DNA of 64,000 nucleotides from Candidatus Tenderia sp. (lineage in GTDB: Bacteria; Pseudomonadota; Gammaproteobacteria; Tenderiales; Tenderiaceae). Location of the stretch: contig JANOSY010000088.1 of assembly GCA_031416075.1 (NCBI GenBank), forward strand, positions 22,376 through 86,375, in the 5' to 3' direction. The first letter of the stretch is position 1, and each line of letters starts with the position of its first letter. The notes under the pieces were generated by a model that saw nothing but the letters and a program-made list of their open reading frames with translations, was not told where the DNA came from and did not search any database. Both the position numbers and the translations under genes were made by a program. Of this stretch, positions 1-11,625 are shown piece after piece.

Positions 1-25
1 ACAAAACTCATCATGCCTTTAAATA

Positions 26-664
26 TCAACCTCTGGACTCCAACACGGAGTCAATCAATCCATACTCCACAGCCTGCTGCCCACTCATGAAGTTATCACG
101 ATCAGTATCATTCTGGATTTTCTCCATGGACTGTCCGGTATGTTTCGCCAGAATTGTATTCAAGCGGTCACGCACAGCCAAGATCTCTCTGGCATGAATA
201 TCAATGTCAGTCGCCTGTCCTTGGAACCCACCCAACGGCTGATGAATCATCATACGTGAGTGTGGCAGACAATAGCGTTTTCCTGCGGCACCACCGGCCA
301 ACAACAGTGCGCCCATGCTGGCAGCCTGACCGATACACATGGTACTGACATGTGGTTTGATAAACTGCATGGTGTCGTAAATCGCCAGACCGGCAGTCAC
401 GGCACCGCCTGGGGAGTTAATATAGAGGTGAATATCCTTGTCAGGATTTTCGGATTCCAGAAACAGCAGCTGAGCAACCACTAGATTAGCCATGTAATCT
501 TCCACAGGCCCCACCAGAAAGATAACTCGCTCTTTCAGTAGCCGTGAATAGATATCATACGCGCGTTCACCACGGGCGGTCTGCTCAACCACCATCGGTA
601 CCAAGCCAGATGCGGTAATCAGTGAGGCACTACCGGCCACCATTTTATCGGTCATTTGCTGCAT
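26..664 (-). CDS. clpP: ATP-dependent Clp protease proteolytic subunit
   Basis: [45 protein letters not shown] motifs; downstream of tig; start chosen at MQQM (uncertain). Confidence 0.97.
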   Translation of the reverse strand: MQQMTDKMVAGSASLITASGLVPMVVEQTARGERAYDIYSRLLKERVIFLVGPVEDYMANLVVAQLLFLESENPDKDIHLYINSPGGAVTAGLAIYDTMQFIKPHVSTMCIGQAASMGALLLAGGAAGKRYCLPHSRMMIHQPLGGFQGQATDIDIHAREILAVRDRLNTILAKHTGQSMEKIQNDTDRDNFMSGQQAVEYGLIDSVLESRG

Positions 665-765
665 TCCCTTTACTCCGAAAGACCACATTTAAACCATCCA
701 GCCTCGTACATCAGCGAAGATCTTCATCCGTTTTCTCAGAAAATCGAGGTCGACTGGCTCCAAAT

Positions 766-2064
766 TTACCTAGCCTGCATCACTTCGTCAAAGCCAGCTG
801 CTACATCTTCAACTTTAACTACAGAGGCAATCCAATCAATAACCTGATCCTCAAGCACCAGCGCCTCAACGCCCGCAAGACGGGAGCGATCTTCGTAATA
901 CCAAGCAACAACCGCAGCCGCATCATCATAACTGGAGGCTAACGTCTCGATCCGCGCACGCACTTTGTCTGCATCGGCACGAAACGCCTTTTCCCTAATC
1001 ACTTCGCCCATCAACAGACCTAAGGCCACACGGCGGCGCGCCTGTTCCATGTATGCGGTGCGTATTTCATCCGTAACAGGCTGATTCCCCTCGATTCCCA
1101 TGCTCTGACGAGTCTGGCTGGCCATCTGCTCAATCTCACTCTCAACCAACGCTGATGGCAGGTCGACCGGATTGGCAGCAAAGAGCTTATCAAGAACCTG
1201 ACTTTTAACCTGGCTGGCTATTTTCTGCTCCAGTTCACGGCTCATGCTATCACGCACATCTGCACGCAATGCATCAACACCCCCTTCTGATACCCCGAGA
1301 GTTTTGAGGAAATCAGGGTCATTCAAATCAGGTAGTTTAGGACCGTTAACCTTTTGTACCGTCACATCAAAAGTCACGGGCTGGCCTGCCAATGCCTCAT
1401 TCTGATACTGCTCGGGGAAGGTGACACTCACTTCGCGCTGCTCACCTGCGCTGACACCAATCAGCTGCTCCTCAAAGCCTGGAATAAACCGCTTGGAGCC
1501 GAGGATCAGTGGATAACCTTGTGCCTCGCCCCCCGCAAACGGCTCACCATTCAGTTTGCCCAGAAAATCAATCACAACTTGGTCACCCTCTGCGGCAGCG
1601 CGCTGCACCTCTTCCCAGTTGGCACGCTGCTTACGCAGCTTCTCAACCATTTCATCAATCTCTTTTTCACCCACTGCAACCGCCGGCTTTTGAATAACCA
1701 TATCCGCTGGTACCACCACCTTCACCTCAGGGTAGACCTCAAATGTGGCAGTAAATGCAAATACATCTTCACTGGCGGCAGCCAGTTCAATCTTTGGTGT
1801 GCCCGCAGGACGCAAATTCTCTTTTTGAACCGCCTGATAAAAGCTGTTCTGAACCATGTCCGCCTGAACTTCTTGCCGCACCTGTGCGCCATAGCGCTTC
1901 ACCACAACAGTCAGCGGCACCTTGCCGGGGCGAAAACCGTCCAGGCGGACCCGCCCAGCCATGCTTTTAAGGCGCTGCTGCACCTCTTGTTCAACTCCGC
2001 CAGCGGGAAGTTCCACTGTCATGCGGCGCTCTAAACCTTCAGTCGATGTTACAGATATTTGCAT
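766..2064 (-). CDS. tig: Trigger factor
   Basis: GFRPGKVP ribosome-binding signature, FKBP-like FIPGFEEQL; GAGG SD before ATG at 2064. Confidence 0.97.
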   Translation of the reverse strand: MQISVTSTEGLERRMTVELPAGGVEQEVQQRLKSMAGRVRLDGFRPGKVPLTVVVKRYGAQVRQEVQADMVQNSFYQAVQKENLRPAGTPKIELAAASEDVFAFTATFEVYPEVKVVVPADMVIQKPAVAVGEKEIDEMVEKLRKQRANWEEVQRAAAEGDQVVIDFLGKLNGEPFAGGEAQGYPLILGSKRFIPGFEEQLIGVSAGEQREVSVTFPEQYQNEALAGQPVTFDVTVQKVNGPKLPDLNDPDFLKTLGVSEGGVDALRADVRDSMSRELEQKIASQVKSQVLDKLFAANPVDLPSALVESEIEQMASQTRQSMGIEGNQPVTDEIRTAYMEQARRRVALGLLMGEVIREKAFRADADKVRARIETLASSYDDAAAVVAWYYEDRSRLAGVEALVLEDQVIDWIASVVKVEDVAAGFDEVMQAR

Positions 2065-2193
2065 GTTAACTTCCTCAGTGACGCCAAGGCGGCGAATCAA
2101 CGGAACACAACACCCGTAGAGGGGAAGTGGTAACCGTACAGGGGTTTTTCAATGCTGGCGCCCCAGCTATTATGAACAGAAATTTATATTTTA

Positions 2194-2278
2194 TGGTGCG
2201 AAAGGAGAGACTCGAACTCTCACAGGTTGCCCCGCTGGAACCTAAATCCAGTGCGTCTACCAATTCCGCCACTTTCGC
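2194..2278 (-). tRNA. tRNA-Leu(UAG)
   Basis: Reverse complement GCGAAAGTGGCGGAATTGGTAGACGC...TTTAGGT...GTTCGAGTC...CGCACCA; long variable arm, 85 nt. Confidence 0.95.
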
Positions 2279-2436
2279 AAAGTCAAAACATTAAGCAGGA
2301 AATGCGGCTATTATACAGCGACTTGCCCGCATCAGTAACCCCATGAAGTTACTTTTAATACAATCATTCTAAAAATATTTATGATTTAAAGCGGAAGTAC
2401 TGGGGTAAGACCCAAAAACAGAGGATGAACATAAAA

Positions 2437-2512
2437 TGGTGGGCCGTGAAGGACTTGAACCTTCGACCAAGTGATTAAGAGTCACCTGCTCTACCAACTG
2501 AGCTAACGGCCC
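2437..2512 (-). tRNA. tRNA-Lys(CUU)
   Basis: GGGCCGTTAGCTCAGTTGGTAGAGC; anticodon loop CT-CTT-AA; CCA end. Confidence 0.95.
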
Positions 2513-2527
2513 TAAAGCTTAGGAATA

Positions 2528-2604
2528 TGGGGTGAACGATGGGGCTCGAACCCACGACAACCGGAATCACAATCCGGGACTCTACCAACTGAGCTACGCT
2601 CACC
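2528..2604 (-). tRNA. tRNA-His(GUG)
   Basis: GGTGAGCGTAGCTCAGTTGG; loop TT-GTG-AT; extra G-1; CCA end. Confidence 0.95.
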
Positions 2605-2642
2605 ATAACGCAATAACTTACACTGTTTGGACGCTAGTGATA

Positions 2643-2719
2643 TGGTGCGCCCGGCAGGACTCGAACCTGCTACCCTCGGCTTAGAAGGCCGATGCTCTAT
2701 CCAGATGAGCTACGGGCGC
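2643..2719 (-). tRNA. tRNA-Arg(UCU)
   Basis: GCGCCCGTAGCTCATCTGGATAGAGC; loop CT-TCT-AA; CCA end. Confidence 0.95.
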
Positions 2720-2781
2720 ATGGATCACGACTCTACCACTGCATTCAACTAGGCCATTCATTCACAGTAGAAGCTGAAAAA

Positions 2782-2858
2782 TGGTCGGGGTAGGGGGATT
2801 CGAACTCCCGACATCCTGCTCCCAAAGCAGGCGCGCTACCAGGCTGCGCTATACCCCG
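2782..2858 (-). tRNA. tRNA-Pro(UGG)
   Basis: CGGGGTATAGCGCAGCCTGGTAGCGCG; loop TT-TGG-GA; CCA end. Confidence 0.95.
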
Positions 2859-2945
2859 ATGTTTACAATCCCGCCGTGCATGACTGCTAGCGGCTAGGAG
2901 GACGGCATATTACTCGTTGATTTTACTGTCGTCAATGCCCTGTTT

Positions 2946-4079
2946 TTAAATTGATGGTTTAAGAAAGCGCCAGACCAGTATCCAGGCTAAAAAACTTGTG
3001 GCTGCCGCTAGGCTATAGGTGGCCGTAGAGCCAACACCTTCCCATAGATAACCGCTGGCCAGACTACCCGCCGCACCTCCCGCGCCGAAACTGATGCTGC
3101 TATAGAGTGCTTGGCCACGCCCCTGGTGCTGGCCGGTAAAAAAACGGTGGATCAAGTGGATGATAACCGCATGATAGATGCCAAAACTCGCGGCGTGCAG
3201 CAACTGGGCGAATAACACCACCGCCAACCACTCAACACCCCACGCCACCAGTAGCCAACGCGCTGTTGTAAGTACAAGACTGACCATCAGCAACAGGCGG
3301 GCACCGTAACGCGGCAGCAGTTTGTGCATCACCAGGAAGACGCCAATTTCAGCCACAACACCCAACGCCCAGAGCTGGCCTATCAAGCCACGACCATAAC
3401 CGTGCTCTTCAAGGTAGATGGTATAGAAGGTGTAGTACGGACCGTGGCTTGCTTGGGACAGAAAACAGACCACCAGGATCGCCAGCACTTCAGGTCTCAA
3501 TAATACTGCAGTGATCGACTGATGGCTGCGCGCGGGCACACGCACCGGCTCTCTTGGCACCCATAACGTGGCAATCCAGGCGCCCAACAACATTATTAAG
3601 ATGGCCTTGGGGATGATGTCAGGGCGATGGGTTTCGAGTAGTGCACCTACGCCTGCCACCGAGAAGATAAACCCCACCGACCCCCACAGCCGGATAGAAC
3701 CGTAACGGTGGCTCTCCTCCCCCAGCAGGCTCATGGTGGTAGCCTCAAACTGAGGCAGCGCCGCATTCCAAAAGAAGCTGAATAGCGCCATAACCATCAC
3801 CATCCACCAGTATCCCTGACCTAGGAAGACACCACCAAAGGTGATCAATGCCATGAGCACCCCTAAGCGCACAATCAGCACCTTTTGGCCCGAGCGGTCT
3901 GCAACCCAGCCCCAGATATTGGGGGCGATGATTTTGGTGGCCATGATGACCGCCATCAGCTCGCCGATATCAGAGGCACCAAACCCTAGCGACTTAAGGT
4001 ACAGCGACCAATACGGGACCAACACCCCCACAGAGGCAAAAAAGAAGAGATAGAAGTTGGAGAGCCGCCAATAGGGCAT
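2946..4079 (-). CDS. MFS transporter (MFS_1-like)
   Basis: About 12 hydrophobic segments, WGWVADRSG loop motif, YGSIRLWGSVGF. Confidence 0.85.
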   Translation of the reverse strand: MPYWRLSNFYLFFFASVGVLVPYWSLYLKSLGFGASDIGELMAVIMATKIIAPNIWGWVADRSGQKVLIVRLGVLMALITFGGVFLGQGYWWMVMVMALFSFFWNAALPQFEATTMSLLGEESHRYGSIRLWGSVGFIFSVAGVGALLETHRPDIIPKAILIMLLGAWIATLWVPREPVRVPARSHQSITAVLLRPEVLAILVVCFLSQASHGPYYTFYTIYLEEHGYGRGLIGQLWALGVVAEIGVFLVMHKLLPRYGARLLLMVSLVLTTARWLLVAWGVEWLAVVLFAQLLHAASFGIYHAVIIHLIHRFFTGQHQGRGQALYSSISFGAGGAAGSLASGYLWEGVGSTATYSLAAATSFLAWILVWRFLKPSI

Positions 4080-4141
4080 TAGCGCCTCACAGATAGCGTG
4101 GTATAGATCGAACAGCCCAGCGGCTGTTCACGAGGACACCC

Positions 4142-5239
4142 TCAAGGGTGTGCAGGGATAATGGGGGTTGCGGAGAGCACATCCATATTCTGAGCGCGAT
4201 GTCGCAGCAGATGGTCCATCAGCACCAGCGCCAGCATCGCCTCAGCGATCGGTGTCGCCCGAATGCCCACGCAGGGGTCATGACGCCCCTCAGTACTCAC
4301 CTCGACCGCCTCGCCCTTTACGTTCACACTCCGCCCCGACAACCGCATGCTAGAGGTTGGCTTGAGCGCGATGCTCACCACAATGTCCTGGCCGCTGGAG
4401 ATCCCCCCCAAAACCCCGCCGGCATTGTTGCTCAGAAAACCTTCCGGGGTGATCTCATCCCGATGTTCGGTCCCCTTCTGCTCGATACAGCCAAACCCCG
4501 CGCCGATCTCCACCCCCTTGACTGCATTGATGCTCATCATGGCGTGGGCAATTTCCGCATCCAGGCGGTCAAAGATCGGCTCCCCCAGCCCTGGGATCAT
4601 GCCGGTGGCGACCACATTGATCCGCGCACCGATGGAGTTACCCTCTTTACGCAGCGCATCCATATACCGTTCCATCTCTGCCACCTTGTTGACATCCGGA
4701 GAGAAGAAGGGGTTTTTCTCCACCTCATTCCAGTCGAAGGTTTCTGTTTTAATCGGTCCGAGCTGGGCCAGATAACCACGCACCTCAATACCATGGCGCT
4801 GTTGCAGAAATTTTTTGGCAATCGCCCCGGCAGCCACCCGCATCGCCGTCTCACGCGCCGAGGAGCGGCCACCACCGCGATAGTCACGCATCCCGTACTT
4901 CTGCTGATAGGTGTAATCGGCATGTCCAGGGCGGAAGCTGTCCATGATGTTGCTGTAGTCCTTGGAGCGCTGATCGGTATTTTCGATCATCAACCCAATG
5001 GGGGTACCGGTTGTTTTACCCTCGAACACCCCGGAAAGAATTTTCACCAAATCACCTTCACGGCGCTGAGTGGTATGGCGCGACGTGCCCGGTTTGCGCC
5101 GGTCAAGATCGTGCTGCAGATCCGCTTCGCTCAGCGCCAGTCCCGGCGGACAACCATCCACTATCGCCCCCAGGGCGGGGCCGTGGCTCTCACCAAAGGT
5201 GGTGACTGTAAAGAGTTTTCCGTAGCTATTGCCTGACAT
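4142..5239 (-). CDS. aroC: Chorismate synthase
   Basis: [31 protein letters not shown] motifs. Confidence 0.98.
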   Translation of the reverse strand: MSGNSYGKLFTVTTFGESHGPALGAIVDGCPPGLALSEADLQHDLDRRKPGTSRHTTQRREGDLVKILSGVFEGKTTGTPIGLMIENTDQRSKDYSNIMDSFRPGHADYTYQQKYGMRDYRGGGRSSARETAMRVAAGAIAKKFLQQRHGIEVRGYLAQLGPIKTETFDWNEVEKNPFFSPDVNKVAEMERYMDALRKEGNSIGARINVVATGMIPGLGEPIFDRLDAEIAHAMMSINAVKGVEIGAGFGCIEQKGTEHRDEITPEGFLSNNAGGVLGGISSGQDIVVSIALKPTSSMRLSGRSVNVKGEAVEVSTEGRHDPCVGIRATPIAEAMLALVLMDHLLRHRAQNMDVLSATPIIPAHP

Positions 5240-5278
5240 GGTGGGTATACCCTAACAATTTGGTGGATAAAGCAGTGG

Positions 5279-6661
5279 TTAAATAACCTTGGAAAACCGT
5301 TGTGTCTGGTCCTGCCGCAGATATTTATCAAATACCATACAGAGATTACGAATCAGAAAGCGGCCCGCGGGCTGGACCCGAATAGCAGTCTCATCAAAAC
5401 TGATCAGGCCATCCTCAGCCAGCTGCTCAAGCGCGCCCCGCTCAACTGCAAAATAGTCATCAAAATTAATGCTGTACTTAGTCGCAACCGCCTGTTTATC
5501 CAGTTTGAAGTTACACATTAGCTCAGTGATGATGTCGCGACGCAGCCGGTCATCCACATCCAGCTCAACACCACGAAACAGCGGCAGGTGGTCGGCATCA
5601 ATGGCGGCGCAATACTCATCCATCGTCCGTCTGTTTTGCGAATAGCTGCTGCCCACCTTACCAATGGAGGTCACGCCCAGACCAATCAGGTCACAATCAG
5701 CATGGGTGGAGTAACCCTGAAAGTTGCGGTAGAGCTGCCCTTGACGCTGCGCCTCTGCCAACTCATCCCTCGGCTTGGCAAAGTGATCCATACCAATATA
5801 TACATACCCGGCCTGCTGCAGACGTTCATTGGTCATCTGCAGGATCTCGAGTTTCTGCTGTGACGACGGCAGCTGATCCTCTTTGATCCGGCGCTGTGGC
5901 GGGAACATCTCGGGCAGGTGGGCGTAATTAAAGACCGAGAGGCGGTCAGGGTCGACCGCCAAGATACGATCAAGGGTTTTACTAAAGCTCCCGACTGTCT
6001 GGAACGGCAGGCCGTAGATCAGATCGATACTGGTCGACTTGAACCCCGCCTGACGCGCCTGATCCAGCACCGCCATGGTCTCGGCCTCACTCTGAATCCG
6101 GTTAACCGCTTTTTGCACCTGCGGATCAAAATCCTGTACCCCCAGACTCATGCGATTAAAACCGAGCTCACGCAGCAGCTTGATACTGTCAGAGGTCACC
6201 TCACGTGGGTCGATCTCGATGGAGTATTCGCCGCTGTCGTCATCGCGCAGATTGAAATATTTGCGGGTCTGCGCCATCAGCTCGCGCATCTGCTCCGGGC
6301 TGATAAAGGTCGGGGTGCCGCCGCCCCAGTGCAGCTGGTCCACCATGCGCGAGCTGTCGAACAGTTCGGACTGCATCGCCAGCTCTTTATATACACGGTC
6401 AAGGTAAGGCTGCGCCTTGCTGCGATCTTTGGTCGCAATCTTGCTGCAGGCACAATAGAAACAGACCGTATCGCAAAAGGGGATGTGAAAATAGAGTGAG
6501 AGTGGCTGTCCAGCGTCATTGGTAGCCCCGGCAATGCGGCGATACTCAGACTCGCCAAACCCCTCATGGAACTGCACCGCCGTTGGATAGGAGGTGTAGC
6601 GCGGACCAGACTTGTCATAGCGGTTGATCAATTCAAGATCAAAAACAAGGGATTGGTCCAC
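5279..6661 (-). CDS. hemN: Oxygen-independent coproporphyrinogen III oxidase (radical SAM)
   Basis: GPRYTSYPTA, HIPFCDTVCFYCAC (CxxxCxxC), RNFQGYST. Confidence 0.96.
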   Translation of the reverse strand: MDQSLVFDLELINRYDKSGPRYTSYPTAVQFHEGFGESEYRRIAGATNDAGQPLSLYFHIPFCDTVCFYCACSKIATKDRSKAQPYLDRVYKELAMQSELFDSSRMVDQLHWGGGTPTFISPEQMRELMAQTRKYFNLRDDDSGEYSIEIDPREVTSDSIKLLRELGFNRMSLGVQDFDPQVQKAVNRIQSEAETMAVLDQARQAGFKSTSIDLIYGLPFQTVGSFSKTLDRILAVDPDRLSVFNYAHLPEMFPPQRRIKEDQLPSSQQKLEILQMTNERLQQAGYVYIGMDHFAKPRDELAEAQRQGQLYRNFQGYSTHADCDLIGLGVTSIGKVGSSYSQNRRTMDEYCAAIDADHLPLFRGVELDVDDRLRRDIITELMCNFKLDKQAVATKYSINFDDYFAVERGALEQLAEDGLISFDETAIRVQPAGRFLIRNLCMVFDKYLRQDQTQRFSKVI

Positions 6662-6723
6662 GGCACACTCCAGTCAATACAGATGTCGGGACATTATAGG
6701 GGCATAGGGCGATGATTAAAACG

Positions 6724-7653
6724 TTATAACGCCGCCCGGAAGCGCATTTGATACTCGATCAGGGTTGCCGCACTCAGCATAAAGACCCCCTGGCCGCCAC
6801 GTTCAAACTCCAGCCAGACAAACGGCACCTCAGAAAAACGCTCCACCAGTGCCGCCTCACTGTTGCCCACCTCTACTATCAATACCCCGTTTTCTGTCAG
6901 AAAATCGGGGGCCTGAGCTAACATTCGCAAAACAATCTCCAGGCCATCGTCACCGGCGGCAAGCCCCAGCGTCGGCTCACAACGGAACTCATCAGCCATG
7001 GCCGCCAAATCTTCGGCATCAACATAAGGGGGGTTTGAAACAATCAGGTCGTAACGTCGCCCGGCCAGACCATCAAACAGGTTCGACTCAATCAACTCGA
7101 CCTGCTCGCTGGCATCGTGGCGCTCAACGTTGATCTGGGCCACTGCCAGCGCGTCGGCGGAGATATCGGCCGCATCCACCGTCGCCCATGGAAAGGCCAT
7201 GGCGCAGGCGATGGCAATACAACCACTACCCGTACAGAGGTCAAGCACTGCCGCCACCTGATCTGCCTCTACCCAGGGGGAAAACTGCCGCTCAATCAGC
7301 TCAGCAATAGGCGAGCGTGGTACCAATACCCGCTCATCCACATAAAACGGCAATTCGGCAAACCAGGCCTCGTGGGTCAGGTAGGGGGCGGGCAGGCGTT
7401 CATCGATACGGCGGCGCAGCAGTGCCACCACCGCATGTTTTTCACTGTCTGTCAGGCGACCACGCAACAGCTCCACCGGCACCCCGGGTTTAAGATACAG
7501 GGCATGCAACACCAGGTAGAGCGCCTCATCCACCGCATTATCGGTACCGTGACCAAAAAAGAGTCCTGCTTCGTTAAAGCAGCTAGCACCCCAGCGAGCA
7601 AAATCGACCACCGTCTGCAGCTGCATGCAGCCCACTTCACTTTTGTTACTCAC
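6724..7653 (-). CDS. prmB: 50S ribosomal protein L3 glutamine methyltransferase
   Basis: [39 protein letters not shown]; GTG start after GAGGTG SD. Confidence 0.93.
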   Translation of the reverse strand: MSNKSEVGCMQLQTVVDFARWGASCFNEAGLFFGHGTDNAVDEALYLVLHALYLKPGVPVELLRGRLTDSEKHAVVALLRRRIDERLPAPYLTHEAWFAELPFYVDERVLVPRSPIAELIERQFSPWVEADQVAAVLDLCTGSGCIAIACAMAFPWATVDAADISADALAVAQINVERHDASEQVELIESNLFDGLAGRRYDLIVSNPPYVDAEDLAAMADEFRCEPTLGLAAGDDGLEIVLRMLAQAPDFLTENGVLIVEVGNSEAALVERFSEVPFVWLEFERGGQGVFMLSAATLIEYQMRFRAAL

Positions 7654-7672
7654 GGTACACCTCTTGAAAAAA

Positions 7673-8371
7673 TCAGTCTGGCAGATAGGCAGAGAAGAGT
7701 GGTCGCAGCTCCTTGAGCAGGCCATCCAGCCGCAAGGGGAACATTCCGGAGAGCATCCCCCACTCCATCATGCACTGGGCTAACAACTCACCTTCGCCGG
7801 AAGCCTTCAGGCGCGACACCAGTGCGGTATTGACGATCTCCAGATTCTGGTAAATCTCAACCACCCCCTCAAGATCAAACCGCGCCTCCTGGCCACTCTC
7901 CTGGCGGAAGGTCTGTGCCAGCAGGTACGAAGAGGCGGCACGATACATGGTTTCAGCCTCACTTGCCAACGGCATGTGAAAACGGGCCAGCGGGCGGAAA
8001 AAAGCGGCATGTGGGCAGTCGCTGGTGGCCAGTAACAGGCCAATAAAAGAGCCTATCGCCTTCTGCACGGTGGTGGAGAGTGCCACCACTCGCCCTGACA
8101 TCAACACCTTCAGTGTCACCGAGTCCAGCATGTCCAGATCACGACTCTGTTCCGCCAGCTTTGCCAGATTCAGCGCTGCCGGGCAGTAGGGGGATTTGTC
8201 ACTGCTCAATGGACAGTTTTTACACTGATGGTTTTGCAGCGCCGCCCACTGCGGCGGTTTGCTCGGCACCCAACCCACGGGTACCAGAGAGTCCGCACGA
8301 AGATGGAGCTCGAACTGCCGCTCGGCACCATCTGCAAACGTGAGTCGATAGTTGATTTTATTAATCTTCAC
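7673..8371 (-). CDS. Conserved hypothetical protein (DUF6901-like, Cys-rich N-terminus)
   Basis: [16 protein letters not shown]...YCPAA and [19 protein letters not shown] motifs; family from recall. Confidence 0.65.
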   Translation of the reverse strand: MKINKINYRLTFADGAERQFELHLRADSLVPVGWVPSKPPQWAALQNHQCKNCPLSSDKSPYCPAALNLAKLAEQSRDLDMLDSVTLKVLMSGRVVALSTTVQKAIGSFIGLLLATSDCPHAAFFRPLARFHMPLASEAETMYRAASSYLLAQTFRQESGQEARFDLEGVVEIYQNLEIVNTALVSRLKASGEGELLAQCMMEWGMLSGMFPLRLDGLLKELRPLFSAYLPD

Positions 8372-8405
8372 GGCAATACCACACTCCAGCCCAGGGTTAC
8401 CCGCA

Positions 8406-9515
8406 CTATTTCAACAACGTCACTGCTTCAACATAGGGATAGCCCAGATTCTCGGCCACCGCCCGGTTTGTCACCTGGCCACGGTAGAGATTAAGGCCGC
8501 TCCGCAAACCACTATTATTCACCAGCGCCCGCTCCCCTTCCGCCGCCAGCTGCATGGCATAAGGCAGGGTGGCGTTGGTCAGAGCCAGGGTCGCAGTACG
8601 GGCGCAGGCACCGGGCATATTGGTGACGCAGTAGTGAACCACCCCTTCGTCGATATACATAGGCGCAGAGTGGCTGGTTGGACGCGAGGTTTCGATACAG
8701 CCTCCCTGGTCAATCGCAACATCCACAATCACCGCCCCCTGCTGCATCTTTTTCACCAGCGCCCGCGATACCAGCTTGGGGGCAGCATGGCCGGGGATCA
8801 ACACCGCACCGATCAACAAATCGGCCTGTGGCAACAGCTCTTCCAGCGCATAAGATTCCGAGTAGCGGGTTTTAAGCGCCGGGCCAAACAGGTCATCGAG
8901 CTGCCGCAACCGCTGCAAGCTGCGGTCAAGCACCGTCACATCGGCCCCCAGCCCCAGCGCCATTTTGGCCGCCTCGGTGCCCACCACACCGCCACCAATG
9001 ATCACCACTTTGCCCCGCGCCACGCCCGGCACACCGCCGAGCAACACCCCCCGTCCGCCATTGATCATCTGCAGACCGGCGGCACCTGCCTGAATGGCGA
9101 TACGCCCCGCCACCTCACTCATCGGAATCAACAGGGGTAACTGGCCGTTGGCATCGGTGACCGTTTCATAGGCAATGGCCACCACTTTGCGCTCAAGCAG
9201 ATGGCGAGTCTGTTCAGGATCCGGGGCAAGGTGCAGGTAGGTGAAGAGCAGCTGCCCTTCGTGCAGCATGGCAAACTCACTGGCTTGTGGCTCTTTAACC
9301 TTCACCACCATGGGGCAGCTGTAAACCTCTGCCGCTGTGGCAACAATCGTCGCCCCCGCATGGCGGTAATGGTCATCCACAAAGCTGATCACCTGACCAG
9401 CACCGCTCTGTACCCACAGCTCATGGCCAGCGGCCACCAGTGCCTTAACCCCAGCGGGTGTCACCCCCACACGAAACTCGTGATCTTTTATCTCTTTTGG
9501 GACACCTATTTTCAT
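8406..9515 (-). CDS. ald: Alanine dehydrogenase
   Basis: MKIGVPKEIK, VVKVKEP, FTYLHLA, PMSEVAGR, GGGVVG, DVAIDQGGC. Confidence 0.96.
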   Translation of the reverse strand: MKIGVPKEIKDHEFRVGVTPAGVKALVAAGHELWVQSGAGQVISFVDDHYRHAGATIVATAAEVYSCPMVVKVKEPQASEFAMLHEGQLLFTYLHLAPDPEQTRHLLERKVVAIAYETVTDANGQLPLLIPMSEVAGRIAIQAGAAGLQMINGGRGVLLGGVPGVARGKVVIIGGGVVGTEAAKMALGLGADVTVLDRSLQRLRQLDDLFGPALKTRYSESYALEELLPQADLLIGAVLIPGHAAPKLVSRALVKKMQQGAVIVDVAIDQGGCIETSRPTSHSAPMYIDEGVVHYCVTNMPGACARTATLALTNATLPYAMQLAAEGERALVNNSGLRSGLNLYRGQVTNRAVAENLGYPYVEAVTLLK

Positions 9516-9922
9516 TGGCCGACTTTGGCGCTCCAGGCACGCAGCACCGATTGCGCCAGCGTCATTGGATCAAAGGGCTTGGCAATCACTTCAATGGCAC
9601 CCAGGGATTTAAAGTGCGCCACCTCTTGTGGCTGCACCTTGGCGGTCATAAAGATCACCGGCACCTGTGCCAATTCGGGGAGTTTACGCAGTTCTGTCAG
9701 CGTGGTTGGGCCATCCATGCCGGGCATCATCACATCCAAAAGCAGCAACTGCGGGGCAAAGGCCACCGCATTGGCCACCGCCTCTGCGCCCGCACTAAAG
9801 ACTGCCAGCTCAAATCCACCCACCGCCTCCAAAGCAATCTTGGCGATTGCCTGAATATCCGGTTCATCCTCTACATACAAAATCCGTTTCAGTTCAGATT
9901 GACTCAATTGTAACCCCTCCAT
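9512..9922 (-). CDS. Single-domain response regulator (CheY-like receiver)
   Basis: ILYVEDE, LLDVMMPGMDG, FMTA, AKPF. Confidence 0.9.
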   Translation of the reverse strand: MEGLQLSQSELKRILYVEDEPDIQAIAKIALEAVGGFELAVFSAGAEAVANAVAFAPQLLLLDVMMPGMDGPTTLTELRKLPELAQVPVIFMTAKVQPQEVAHFKSLGAIEVIAKPFDPMTLAQSVLRAWSAKVGQ

Positions 9923-9942
9923 GAATGGCTGTTATTTTAAGC

Positions 9943-11031
9943 TTACCGGTAAATTTCACCCTTATCAGGCTCAGCATACTCCGCATTGATCGCCAGGATC
10001 TCAGGGAGCTTCTCCATAAACAGTTCAATAAGCCGTGGCTGAAAATGGTGGCCAGACTCCTTTTGCATATATGCCACCGCCTCTTCGACCGGCCAGGCAT
10101 GTTTGTATGGCCGTACTGAGGTCAAGGCATCAAAAACATCTGCCACCGCCACAATTCGCCCCACCAGCGGAATCTGCTCACCACTAAAGCCGCTAGGGTA
10201 ACCACTGCCATCCCATTTTTCATGGTGTGTCAGGGCAATCTCGCTCGCCATCGCCATCATCTCTGAATCATCCCCGGAGAGGATATCCGCCCCGATACGT
10301 GCGTGGCCCTGCATAATCGTCCACTCTTCCGCATTGAGCTTGCCCGGTTTTAATAGAATCTGATCAGGGATACCAATTTTGCCGATGTCATGCATGGGGC
10401 TGGCGTTCAGCAGCAGCTCACACTGCTCTTCATCCAGCCCAAACGCCCGCCCCAGCAGCGCAGATATCTTGCTCATCCGCAAAATGTGCATCCCAGTCTC
10501 ATTATCACGATACTCGGCCGCCCGCCCCAGCCTGCGGACCACCTGCAGACGGGAGTCCTGCAGCTGCAACGTACGCTCCAGCACCCGTTCTTCGAGCTGC
10601 ATGTTCTGTTGTTGCAAACATTTATGTGCCAGGCGCATCTCCAGCAGATTACGGACCCGCATCGCCAGCTCAAAACGGTCAAACGGTTTTGTCACATAGT
10701 CACGAGCACCGCCCTGCAGCGCCCGGACTCTAAATTCCTGAGAGGACTGGGCGGTCAGCATTAAAATGGGGGCAAGGTTGTCGCCATGTTTAGCCTTCAG
10801 TCGCGCCATCACATCAAAACCATCCAGGTGCGGCATATTGATGTCGAGCAGCAACAGATCGACGTGATGCTGCTGGTAGAGCCGCTCCACCTCGCGTGAA
10901 TCTCCAGTGGCAACCACATTGGTATACCCCTCCGCAGCCAGAATGCTGTTGAGCAGACAGATATTAACCGGCTCATCATCCACCACCAGAATCGACGCTG
11001 ACTTTGTGTCCATATCAACCAGCTGCATCAC
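9943..11031 (-). CDS. Response regulator with HD-GYP cyclic-dinucleotide phosphodiesterase domain (RpfG-like)
   Basis: Receiver domain plus MHDIGKIGIP and HHEKWDGSGYP. Confidence 0.92.
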   Translation of the reverse strand: MMQLVDMDTKSASILVVDDEPVNICLLNSILAAEGYTNVVATGDSREVERLYQQHHVDLLLLDINMPHLDGFDVMARLKAKHGDNLAPILMLTAQSSQEFRVRALQGGARDYVTKPFDRFELAMRVRNLLEMRLAHKCLQQQNMQLEERVLERTLQLQDSRLQVVRRLGRAAEYRDNETGMHILRMSKISALLGRAFGLDEEQCELLLNASPMHDIGKIGIPDQILLKPGKLNAEEWTIMQGHARIGADILSGDDSEMMAMASEIALTHHEKWDGSGYPSGFSGEQIPLVGRIVAVADVFDALTSVRPYKHAWPVEEAVAYMQKESGHHFQPRLIELFMEKLPEILAINAEYAEPDKGEIYR

Positions 11032-11151
11032 CTCACCCTATTTAATCAAATTCATCTATACCACCTACACACTCTCAACCCAGAAGAGTATCGACAGGGA
11101 TCAACAAAATATTACCCGCACCCTCACCACAACCCCCACTCAGACGGCGGT

Positions 11152-11625
11152 TTATTTGCGGCGTTGACGAAAAAAGCCGGTCAACAACATCGAGCACTCT
11201 TGTTCGAGCACCCCCCCCAGCAGTTCGGCCTGATGGTTGTATTGCCCCGAATTCAATACGCTAAAGCGGCTGCCCGCTGCCCCCCCTTTAGGATCATAAG
11301 CGCCAAATACTACCCGCGCCACCCGTGCATGAATAATCGCACCGGCACACATGGTGCATGGCTCGAGGGTAACATAGAGGGTAGTATCGATCAGACGATA
11401 GTTGGAGAGCGCCTGACCGGCGGCGCGTAACGCCTGCATCTCGGCATGGGCAGAAGGGTCGCTGTTGATGATCGGGCGGTTCCACCCCTCGGCGATCAGC
11501 TGGCCATGCCTGACCAGCAGCGCCCCCACCGGCACCTCGCCTTCACGTCCGGCCTGCTCGGCAAGACGCAGCGCACGGCGCATCCAGTAGTGGTCCGGCG
11601 ATTCAAGCGTGAGGACGTCAGCCAT
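11152..11625 (-). CDS. tadA: tRNA adenosine(34) deaminase
   Basis: GEVPVGA, DPSAHAE, LYVTLEPCTMC. Confidence 0.95.
   Translation of the reverse strand: MADVLTLESPDHYWMRRALRLAEQAGREGEVPVGALLVRHGQLIAEGWNRPIINSDPSAHAEMQALRAAGQALSNYRLIDTTLYVTLEPCTMCAGAIIHARVARVVFGAYDPKGGAAGSRFSVLNSGQYNHQAELLGGVLEQECSMLLTGFFRQRRK

Noticed and set aside
2075-2272. 65-aa ORF
   Set aside because: Overlaps tRNA-Leu; spurious
4148-5236. 362-aa plus-strand ORF
   Set aside because: Antisense shadow of aroC
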